DNA of 62,921 bases, counting the filler, from Dugesia japonica (lineage: Eukaryota): assembly GCA_001938525.1 (NCBI GenBank). It is 6 parts of 6 records of this genome, joined end to end, with 100 filler letters (N's around TTAATTAATTAA, not from the genome) between each part and the next. Parts side by side here need not be neighbours in the genome. Positions count along the whole stretch, not along the records: positions 1 to 14,526 come from MQRL01541606.1; 5 more parts are not named here. The stretch is one strand, 5' to 3'. Below, one piece after another: positions 1 to 10,759 of the stretch. Numbering within the stretch: position 1 is the stretch's first letter; each line of letters starts with the position of its first letter. A program made the position numbers and the translations under genes. Under the pieces are notes generated by a model that saw only the letters and a list, made by a program, of their open reading frames with translations, did not search any database and was not told the DNA's origin.

Positions 1-33
1 TGTGCAGAGGTTTACTCCCACTATCTATCTACT
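1..33 (-). mobile_element. Probable Polinton/Maverick terminus (AGTAGATAGATAGT on - strand) inserted in a gypsy LTR
   Basis: actatctatctact at 20-33 is identical to 53913-53926, which ends a TIR-like repeat array. Polinton ends are 5'-AG...CT-3' built from short tandem motifs. Confidence 0.5.
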
Positions 34-245
34 TAATTAAATTAAATTATGCAAACAAACAAATCTAACATGGCGACCAACGTATCAATGGATCTACTTA
101 AAGAAGCAATATTTCCTGGAATTTTCAAGAGAGATTACGATTTGAAATGTTTTTTTTAAGAAGATTACAAAATATTTTGAATTTTCCGGAATAATGACAA
201 GTTGTAGAAACTTATGGGTAATTGTACTTGAATTACTTTTGTTAT
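34..245 (+). pseudogene. gag: Gypsy LTR end, PBS and gag N-terminal remnant
   Basis: ctaaca|tggcgacc LTR-end/PBS junction. From 70 it reads MATNVSMDLLKEAIFPGIF..., with a frameshift in a T-run, then KITKYFEFSG...RNLWV. Homologous to ORF 24990-25277 (MATNTSLKLLKEAMNPEIF...RNLFV). Confidence 0.65.
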
Positions 246-1244
246 AATATCCCTTGATTATACATCTACTTTTATAACTGTTAGTTGGGTTTTGAAAACT
301 CATGGAATCATTAACATCCGAATTCAAATTCATATCAACCATTTATTCATATATAAAAAACTATAACATCATTATTATAACATTATAACTTTATATCATT
401 GTAAGTTAAAATTGCTATCCTTACTAAATAATCTCTCCCTTTTCTCATGCCACTAACTGAACAATACGGGTTTCATATATTTAAAAAGTAATTCATTTTA
501 ATATCCAAACTTTAAATAATGGATTAAATATTTTTTTTGAAGAATATCTACTTTTAACATGTTAAGTTTTAATTTGATTTTTGAATTCATTGTTCATTAT
601 ATATTGTAAGAAAAGATTAATGGCATAGGTAAATATTTTGAGACTTCAGCTTTGATTTTTTTTGGAAAATTTAAAATTAATTGAATTTTACAAAATAATT
701 AATTTTAAAAAATATTTTTGAATTTTAAAATGAACGAGATAAAATTTTTAGAATCAAATTTAAAGAAAAAAATTTAAAATAATAAATAAAATTAATAAAT
801 TGAACGTCATAAAATTAATTATAAAAGAACTGGGATTTAATTTTATATTTTTTAAAATCAGAATAATTCATCAAGTTAAAGTTGAATCTCAAATTGTTTA
901 GCTTATTTAATTTGTTTGAAAAAAACAACTTTAAATCTTTTATTTCATTTTTTAATATGGATTCAAAAACTCTTTTAAATTCAACGATTAGCGTCTTAGA
1001 CTCACCTAACAAATGTAATAGTTTTAAAGATTTTTTTATAATACACAAGTTGAATAATAACATATAAGAATTATCCTATCATAGTTTTGTAAAAAAANNN
1101 NNNNNNNNNNNNNNNNNNNNNNNNNNNNNNNNNNNNNNNNNNNNNNNNNAATATCCCAAATAATAATTTTCACTAGCAAATATTTTGAAAAACAAAATTT
1201 CAAAATTTATTTTCAAATGCAAATATCAAAACGATGTTCTTCTA

Positions 1245-1650
1245 TTTTCATAGATTGTTCAATATTTCGGTTATGCCTTCTTCAGAAAATATTGTTCAAT
1301 TCATTCTGTTTATAAACGTTTAAATAGTAACACAATTTACATTAATCTAATTAAAATTAATCACTAATTATAGCATTAAATTTTAAATTTATTGAACATA
1401 TTCTCAGTTATTTGGTGAAAACCATAATATAAATTTCAAATTAAAAATTTTCTTTTTTTATGAATATCGAATTTTGATCTTTGCATTTGTAAATGAATTT
1501 TAAAAAAAACAAAATTTATTTTTCAAAATATTTGTTTAATATAACAGTTCAATGGTAAATTGTGTTACTATTTAAACGTTTATAAACAGAATAAATTGAG
1601 CAATATTTTCTGAAGAAGGCATAACCGAAATATTGAACAATCTATGAAAA
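1245..1650. repeat. 96-bp inverted repeat pair (1245-1340 / 1555-1650)
   Basis: The arms are reverse complements with 2 mismatches by eye. An older inverted pair (~1177-1233 / ~1466-1534) is interleaved with it. Confidence 0.9.
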
Positions 1651-3479
1651 GAATTGCTTTTGTTGAAAAGAACTTTTTTAAAAGAAAAAGTTTTAAAAAG
1701 AAATTTAACAAAATAATCTTTATTATTTATTTCTTTTTGTTTAAATCAATCATACTAAAACATATTTGTAGGTATTCTTGTACTTTTATAACACATAATT
1801 TCTTATTTAAATAACTTTGGATAATTTAAACAAGTTTTGTTGGTAAAATGCAAAATCTTTGATATTACACTCTATCGATATAAATATTTGTTAAATACAG
1901 TCTTTTTATAAAAATCTCAATAAAAGATTGTAATGGGCTCTTATGTAGAATTTCCCCCAAAAGGGCCATAAAGCAATTTAAAATTTGTAACTTTAAAATT
2001 AAATTAAAGTAATTTTAAATTTAAAATAGAATCTTAAAAATCAATTTTAAATTTNNNNNNNNNNNNNNNNNNNNNNNNNNNNNNNNNNNNNNNNNNNNNN
2101 NNNNNNNNNNNNNNNNNNNNNNNNNNNNNNNNNNNNNNNNNNNNNNNNNNNNNNNNNNNNNNNNNNNNNNNNNNNNNNNNNNNNNNNNNNNNNNNNNNNN
2201 NNNNNNNNNATTTTATATAATTAAATTTAATTAACAAAAATATTTTCAGTATTTAAAAATGAGTTGAAAATAAATTTAAATAAATTAAAAATATAATAAA
2301 TTTCAATGAAATCTAGAATTAATAATACTCATTTTATTAGCTACTTTAAAATTCAAAGTAACACAAAATAGAATGAAATTTAAAATGAAAATTGTACATT
2401 AATTAGGTCTTACTCTGAGGTTTTACAATTATTTAACCTGTCAATTTTTAAATACAATTGTTATTTTTATCATAATGTCATTATTTAATTTATCAAAGAA
2501 ATCTCCTGAGTATTTAATTGTAATAAATACTTAATGAAACTCATATTTACAAAAGATTGGACAATTTATATAGATAATCTTAGAAAGTTGGTCAATGATA
2601 TCCCAAAAAAATTAAATTGTTACTGTTAATTTTATTTTCTTTTCATTTAAATCAACTAAAATAAGACTTTATTCAATACTTTAAAATGAGACTTCAAAAG
2701 TACTGAATATGTATACCTATTTTGCAAAAGTATTGTACTTGTTAGTTTTATTTGTTTTCATTTAAATCAACTAAAATAAGACTTTTGATTCAATACTTTA
2801 TTTAAAATACAAANNNNNNTTCTTTGAAATTGTTCTTGCTTTTTGAATGCTTCTTCCAACACTTGCCTTTCCCAATTTATGTTTTCAAAATAATACTAAA
2901 TTTAAACCAATTATTTTAAAACATGTTATTAAATTATTTAAATTACATAAAATACAAATTTATTTAAAAATAAAACAATTCAAATTTATTAATAATTTTC
3001 CAAATTTTCAATTAAATTTTNNNNNNNNNNNNNNNNNNNNNNNNNNNNNNNNNNNNNNNNNNNNNNNNNNNNNNNNNTATTTATATCTAAAATTCATTTA
3101 ATAAATTTTAAAAATTTAGACTACTAATATCTAAATTAATATTTAAAATTTCAATTTCATAATTAGCAATTTTACATTTAAAAACAATTAAAAATTTTAA
3201 CTATGAATTTTTACTATGAATTAAGACTTGCAATACCGGATAACAATTTTAAAACCCGTATTTCGGTATTTATTTATATTAATAGTTGTATTTAAAATCA
3301 CGGAAAAAGAGAAACGAAACTGCAAAAAATCTATTAAAAAAACAATACTATCTGTCCTGCTTTTTTTTAGGGGGGGGGGTATTTAGAATCTTGAAAATAA
3401 AAAAGATTATACTAAAAAAAAAAGACAAAATCTGAAAAACAATCTTACAATTTAGCAAAAGAACTGAGATTTGTACAAA

Positions 3480-3900
3480 TATAATACTTTCTTTATCCGG
3501 TGTGCGACTGCTCCCTTTGTAATGCAAGTACTTTTACTGGGAGAATATTTCTTTGGGTCCTTATACTTCTTTCAAAATGTTTTCGCGCTACGTACTATCC
3601 TTCTTTGGATATTCCTAGTGCAGAAATTTTACGGAAACTTGCCATCAAAATAGGATGTTTGGTAGTGTCTTCGAAAAACTAGACACTACTATTTTGGAAG
3701 AAATATACCCTAAACTAAGGGATTTAGGTTATACTGTAGAAGTTGATGAAACTCATAGTTACTAGACATAAATCACCTTATACATACGCAAAATATATAA
3801 GAAGGTGGGTATCCTTAAAGAAATATCTACCACAAGTTAATACATTAGAACTAATGGCGAAGTATGTTAATAGGTCTGTTGTTCAACACAACACAATTTT
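3480..3900 (+). pseudogene. Merlin/ISXO2-like transposase remnant
   Basis: ~3700-3755 reads YPKLRDLGYTVEVDETH (cf. Merlin 'IGG.G..VEIDES'). Downstream YAKYIRRWVSLKKYLP resembles 'HTQ.IE..W..LK'. Confidence 0.5.
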
Positions 3901-4498
3901 CATTTATATGTACATTTATCTAATAAATAATTTTTTTTATTTTTCTCAAATTTTTTGTTATAATTTATTTTATTTTCTGGATTCGAACCTGCCCTCCAAA
4001 ATCAGACACATATCAAACAATTCAATAAGATTAGCGTTTTTTATAGTTACATTAAATAGAAGAAAACAAGAAAAATAAAAATAAAATAAGCAAAATAATT
4101 AATAATATAAGAATAAGTAAGTCCTATTTTTCTGATTTGCCTTTGAAATATGCATTCAAAAATGTTAAATTATCAAGAAATTTCTCTCTTAAGATCGAAT
4201 TATAATTTTCCATGTCTTGAAAAACAGCATTTTAACTTTAAGTAAATTACAGAAACATTTTTAATATTAGTACCTACTTATTAAAACAGAAGAAATGTTG
4301 TTATTATTTATCATTAAAAATAGAAGAAATATTAATATTATTATTTAAAAACTCCCAGCGCTATCAATTATATAAATATATAGTGTAGAATTATTATTAA
4401 TAATTCTACATTAAAATTAAAATTAAAATGAAATGATATTTGTTTAAATATCATGTTTGTGTTAATAATACATATTTCAAAAAGTAATACTTGATTTA

Positions 4499-5186
4499 AT
4501 GTTGAACACAACACCTGGTGTCAGAAACAACAGTGACAGCTGTAATCACTTCACGTTAAAAATTCCACCTTTTATGCGCAATGTCAAACTCTGGTTTCTG
4601 TTAGTGGAGAACTCTTTCAAACTCGCCAGGATATCTTCAGAATCCATTAAAATCCAACATCTTATATGCAATTTGCCAGTGAAAATTCTCGAAGAACATG
4701 AAACATCTCTTGAATATTCCAGTGATCCCAGTTACACCGATTTAAAAAAATGCTCTTTTGGAGAAATNNNNNNNNNNNNNNNNNNNNNNNNNNNNNNNNN
4801 NNNNNNNNNNNNNNNNNNNNNNNNNNNNNNNNNNNNNNNNNNNNNNNNNAGAACTCCAAGCCCTAGTCAAATGCTTCGACAAGAATGCTGATTTGGAAAC
4901 AAATGTTCTTCTAAAAAACCAATTTGAATTCATGATGCCGGCGGATATTCGGATTTCGCTACTTTGCAAGAATTTTCTGACATCAGAAATGGCGAAATTT
5001 TCTGATAAGCTCATCAAGATTTCAAATAAAAGGGCGTCGAGCTTGTTTAAAGTGCAAGATAATTTCATTCAAAAATCAAATAACAGCAACAATTATGAAT
5101 TGAAATCGAGATCATCCGATCAATTATTCTTTTATCACCAAAAATTTGGAAATAGAGCCATCAAATGTCAACACTCGTGCAACTGA
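4499..5186 (+). pseudogene. gag: gag of gypsy A
   Basis: KIPPF...WF.LVE..F N-terminus, PSQMLR motif and C-terminal FYHQKFG.RA.KC..SC. Interrupted by an N gap and a frameshift. Confidence 0.85.
4516..4526 (+). promoter_or_regulatory. Primer-binding site (tRNA-Leu type)
   Basis: TGGTGTCAGAA lies 2 nt after the putative LTR end ACA and is complementary to the ...TTCTGACACCA 3' end of tRNA-Leu(CAA). Confidence 0.65.
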
Positions 5187-8100
5187 AAACAACTCAATTC
5201 GGAAAACGATCAAAGGAGACAGTAGAACCGAGCACTGTCTCATTAACAAGTGTTTATACAACACTAGACTCGGACAGACGTAAATCTTTTTTTGTTGATC
5301 TTTATATAGAAAAAACAGCAGTAGCATTCCTTGTTGACAGTGGAGCTGATAAAAGTATTCATCCAAAGAAAATGTTTAAACCGGGTAGTAGCAGTTCAAA
5401 TCACTCATTGGTGTCTGCAACCAACGAACCAATATCAAGTTATGGTCTCAGAACACTTTCTTTCAGAATCAGTAACCACAGCACCCCCATGACTTGGGAA
5501 TTCATTGTTGCAGATGTATCCACACCTATATTGGGTGCTGATTTCTTTGAATATCACGATGTTAATATTAACTTCAACAGTAAATGCATAACATTGTCCA
5601 CTTCCGGCTGCACTATACCTGTACTTTCTAGATAATATGATATGAGGATTGCAAATCAAGTGCTACAAAATGATCATTTTAACATACAGATAAATATTAA
5701 TACTAAAGGTAATTCAGTTGCACAGAAATCTCGACGATTATTTGGAGACAAATTTGATGCAGTAAAAACAGAATTCGATCGTCTTCTGAGAGCTGGAATA
5801 ATTCTCCCTAGCAACAGCGAGTGGGCCGCACTACTTGTTGTCGTTAAAAAACAAGATGAATCATGGAGACCCTGTGGCGACTACAGACAACTAAATGAGC
5901 TTACCATACCAGACAAATACCCTTTACCTAGAATCCAAGATCTATTGGATAAACCTTGGGGCTCTACCATTTTCAGCAAATTAGACGTTAAAAAAGCATT
6001 TCATCAAATACCGATAGAAAAACTCTTACAAAAAATGCTAAAAATTTGTGCAGATGGTAAAAATGTAGAAGAGATAATCATATGAAAATTGGAGAAAATA
6101 AAAGATATAATAGAAACACTAAAAAATAGAATGAAAAGAACCCATTAGCGTAGTAAAGAGTTACGCGGGTGTAACACGTAGAGAACGTACTAAAAAGACA
6201 AAATATTGAAACAGTAACTAAAGAAACAGAACCACAATGTTAGACATGCTAAAGTTATGGGCATACAAAAAGAGAGTGTCCAAAAAATTATCAAGTGGAA
6301 TGTTGAACTTCCCACAAGAAAAGGCATTTATGTAGAAATTGTCCAGACAAGAAAACCCCAAAATGTTTTGGGTGTGGTTAAGATTCGTCATATCAGAATA
6401 ATGTGCACAGAAATTGTATGCGATAGATGTAAAAGACCAGATCGCAAAGCGGAAGAATGTTATTCGAACATTAATAAACCAAGACTAGAAGAGAGTAGAT
6501 ACAATTTTAAAACTGGACAACAAACCAAATATTGGAGTCGGACCAATCAAGTCCGTGCCATTCAAGAAGAGGATGATGATGAGAATGAAGAGATATTTTC
6601 TCGGAGCATAATTAAAAATGAAGATCCAAGAAGATAATACCCAAAAGACATTGCTCCATCGGTAGAGGAGTTGGTCGGAGCCATTCATTAAACAAGATGC
6701 TGTTTGATTATCTTCAGGAGTCCGAGAAATGGAATGAGATGATCAAAGTTGGAGAATAGGTTTACAGATTCATAAAAAGATAAAGTTGCAATGATGCGGA
6801 AATTAACAAAGCAGAAATAATATGAATAATAGAAAAGAAACTGAATTTAGAAATTTCGTATGATAAAATGCAAGGAATAAACTTGGACCTTAAAAAAGCA
6901 TTTCATCAAATACCGATAGCAAAATACCGACATTCACAAAACTACGGTTATCACACCATTTGGTTTATATGAATACTGTAAAATGCCATTTGGGTTGAAG
7001 AATTGCTCAGCTATTTTTCAAAGATTCATTGATACAATTCTGAGAGAGCATCAAGACTTCGGGATATCATACGTCAATGATATTCTTATATTTTCAAAAA
7101 ATGAAGCAGACCATGAAGATCATGTACAAAAAGTAACCAACACCATTTATTATATTGAGTTAGAGATCAATGCGGATAAGTGTATTTTTCAATGGCATCA
7201 AGTAGAATTTATTGGATTGAAGATATCAGAGAATGGAATCCTTCCTAAAACTGAGACAATTGAAAGCTTGAGAGAATTGAGCCTTCCAGCCAACTTAAAG
7301 AGCTTGCAAAGATTTGTAAGCCACGTTGCCTTTTATCATTGGCTCATTCCAAATTTATCTGAAAAGATTGCACCACATCACAAGCTAATTATCGAAAAGA
7401 AAAAATCGAAAGAAAGTATACTTGAATGGACCAGTGATCAAGTAAATGCGTTCAATACCATTAGAGATGCACTATTGAATTTACAGCAATTGAATTATCC
7501 AGGCCAGTCAAAACAATTTGTGTTAAGAACTGATGCATCATTAGAAACAGTTAGAGCTGCATTGGAGTAAGTCGAATCAGAAGGAAAACATACTCCAATT
7601 GCATTTTTTCAAGAAACTTGTCTTCTGCAGAGAGAAATTACTCAACCTTCAACAGAGAACTGCTAGCAGTATTACTTGAAGTTAACAATTTCAAGCACTA
7701 TTTAGATTCTTCATCATTTGCAATACAGACTGACCACCAGCCTTTATTAAAGATTGCAACTTTGAAAGACCCAAATCCCAGACAATGAAGATGGCTTGAA
7801 TTCCTCTCTCGATTTTCCTTCAATTTAGAATATTTAAAGGGATCGGAGAACACAGTAGCAAATTTTCATTTTAGAATTAACGCCCTAAGCAAGCAAGTTG
7901 AACACATAACAGTTGATGAAATAATCAAACAGCAAACAATCGAGAACCTTCAAACAACACTAAAAACATCTTCCTTGAAATAAGGCGTCTCTGAGAAAGG
8001 AATAGTTATGGACATATCGCAACCAAAATCGCGAATAATTCTACCAAAATCCCTCCAATTCAGAGAATTCAAAAGGATTCACGATGGCTGTCACGATGGA

Positions 8101-8750
8101 GTAAAACCAACAACAACACTGATAGCTGAGAGGTATGTTTGGCTGAGAATGCGATCAGATATTCGTGAATGGTGCAGCAGATGTAAGAATAGTCAACGTT
8201 AAAAAATTTTGAGGCATCCTAAATCTCCACTAGCGACATTTCCTGATGCTGTAGATTCAAATATCTACATGTTGATATATACCAGCAATAANNNNNNNNN
8301 NNNNNNNNNNNNNNNNNNNNNNNNNNNNNNNNNNNNNNNNNNNNNNNNNNNNNNNTTGAAGCAGTGCCATGTCTAGAAATAACATCCGATTACGTGATTA
8401 ACATATTATTAAATACTTGAATCAGTCGATTTGGAGTTTCAGAAATCATTATAGTAAATCAAGGATGGCAATTCGTGTCAAAAGCTTTCAAAGAATTTTG
8501 TAAAAATATTGGCATTGAACATAGAAGAACGACAGCATACCACCCACAATCAAATGATAAGATTGAAAGATGGCACAGAACCTTAAAAAATGCACTTCAG
8601 GCCGCATCGACAAATGCAAACAGGGAGTGGATCCAAAGACTACCGAAGACACTTCTATTTTTAAGAAACTGTAGGGTTCAGACAACAAAGCATCACCATC
8701 TCAACTGACTCTAGGTATGAACACTAGATTACCAGGTGATATCATAACTT
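5165..8750 (+). pseudogene. pol: pol (PR-RT-RH-IN) of gypsy A, multiple stops and frameshifts, insertion at 6018-6889
   Basis: ORFs at 5165, 5642, 6983, 8008 and 8475 carry successive PR, RT, RH and IN motifs. Confidence 0.92.
6018..6889 (+). pseudogene. gag: Foreign gag fragment with ~4 degenerate CCHC zinc knuckles, inserted into the RT of gypsy A
   Basis: Reads C*TC*SYGHTKREC..., CFGCG..HIRIMC..CDRCKRPDRKAEECYS. Flanked by an exact 30-bp direct repeat (5988-6017 / 6890-6919). Confidence 0.8.
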
Positions 8751-8889
8751 CAGTTGACATTTCTGACGACTATAAACCATCCGTTGAACAAATCAAAGGC
8801 AACATCAAAAATTTAGATGTGCTGAAAACCAATCGGAGCTTAAATAGAAATTCGAAAGTCAACCAAGGAATCTTTATCATACAAACTAC

Positions 8890-10284
8890 GCACAATATAT
8901 TTCCTTTTTGGAAGATGTTTAGAATAATATGAAGCTTCCTCAATCTAACTAGCCGATCCAGTAAGTATTGATGTTGAAGGGTATCCAATTAAATCAAATT
9001 GGCTTTGTCTTGATTTGTTTTAATAGTGGCTGCTTTAATGGAAGCGATCAGTAAGACAACATTTCCAAAATAAGCACGCACCTTCATTGCACAATTATGC
9101 ATTAAATGAGCTACTCAGGTAACATGATATAAACGTGAATATAATATATGTAAATTCTTTGCCACAGAAACCATATATAAAGCAGAATCTGTTAATAATA
9201 AACATAAATCATATCAATGAAATCGCAGAAAAGTTGTTTATATTTAAAACTTAGAACCAAAACTTTCTGATTCATCAACAACCATAAATAAAAGCTTACC
9301 AGTGACAAGGGATTTTATACGACACTATTTATCTTCGAACAATTCAGGAATTCTTGATCGAAATGTTTGTTCAGATGGTAGGGGATGTTCAATTGTGGCA
9401 AAGAGATTGCAAAGTTCTGTATTCCTTAACTTCCATAAAGGAATATCTGCTGAGAAGAAGGCTCTCGCCACATGCTTTGTAAAGTCATTTGGTGGAGGAT
9501 TAATGAACTGTTGAATTGCTGAGGATGGATGTTGGGACAGATGTTTGTGCTTGCCAGTATCACGATGTTTCTCAACAAAGACGTTGTTTCACAATGGTGC
9601 TGCATAACTTGCAAAAAAGTTCGTTCCTAGGTGTTGTAGTGGACGATTTCGTACGATGGTAACTATCTTTGAACTATTGCACATAGCAAATTTATATGAC
9701 GTCTCAAATGAAAAGTGAGTAAAAAATGTAGGGTCAGTGAAATACGTTAGGATATGTTATCACGAGTATCACACAATTACCTGTCATACAGGACCAATAA
9801 ACTGTGGTATGCCACTAAAAAAAGTGGAGAATGCATATGTGGTGTGAAATAACGGGCAGTTGACACGAGCATATTCACTTACTAAAATTTGTATATATTT
9901 ATCTTACAGTATCTAAATAGTCATATGGATAAAAATACACATCATAATCACTCGATACCTGCTGATATTTAACATTTAAATATTTATAACTCGCCCACCT
10001 TTTGTATACAACATATTTGTATGATGTATAAATTGTTAAGCTCAATCATGCATTCCGAAACATGTCCATACGCACTACACAAACATATATCATCATTAAG
10101 TTACTTAAATTGACATTAAAATCCAGTTATTAACTTTTTTGACCTTATATGGAAAAATTGATTTTTTTTGACCTAATAACTTTTATAAAGGTGACGTAAA
10201 TAGTTAGAAACCACATATTTGAGTTTTTCTTAAAAAAATAAATCTGAAATTTCAAGTTGACTTTATTGACTTTTTGTTGCCCTA
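8890..10284 (-). mobile_element. hAT DNA transposon remnant (CGGBP1/DUF659-like transposase)
   Basis: The - strand reads ELFCKLCST...EKHRDTGKH (Zn finger), AFFSADIPLWKLRN, VVDES, LLLTDSALYM...HVT*VAHLMHNCA. Candidate TAGGGC terminus at 10279-10284. Confidence 0.75.
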
Positions 10285-10759
10285 ATTATGGTTGTTATAT
10301 TTTTGATAGTTTTAAATTAAAAAACTTTCTTCAATATTGAAACTTTGAGACAAAAACAAAATAATAATTATTAATTTTCTACATTGCTATGTGTGCCTTC
10401 TACTGACGGATATGAAGAAACGATGGATATGCATAAATTTTGTAAATAATCTTTTCGTCAGATTGAGTTCTTTCAATTTATTAAATTTTTAATAATGTTG
10501 AGTTTTCTTGAGAATTTAAATTATACTGAGAATCGTCTTCATTGTACATTATTTAAACTTTCGTACTTCATCATTCTTGTATATCTTCCAAGACATTTGA
10601 AGCTGCATTTTTAAGGTTTGATTTTTGGTTTTCATTTTTTAAACACATTGACTCATTTATTCTTTTGAGTATAAAATAGCTGCTAGTACCGGTTTGGTAA
10701 ATTCAGAATTAGTGGTGTAATCAAAGATTTTGCCACCCGGGACCAAGTGTTAAAATTTT

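Larger units (their letters stand above)
4384..8890 (+). mobile_element. Ty3/gypsy LTR retrotransposon A (decayed, 3' truncated)
   Basis: Putative 5' LTR TGT...ACA 4384-4513 and PBS tggtgtcagaa 4516-4526. Then gag (LKIPPF...WF), protease (FLVDSGA), RT (WRPCGDYRQLN, MPFGLKN, YVNDIL), RNase H (TDAS), integrase (H..GVK.T, TTAYHPQSN..IERWHRTLK), in gypsy domain order. Confidence 0.93.
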
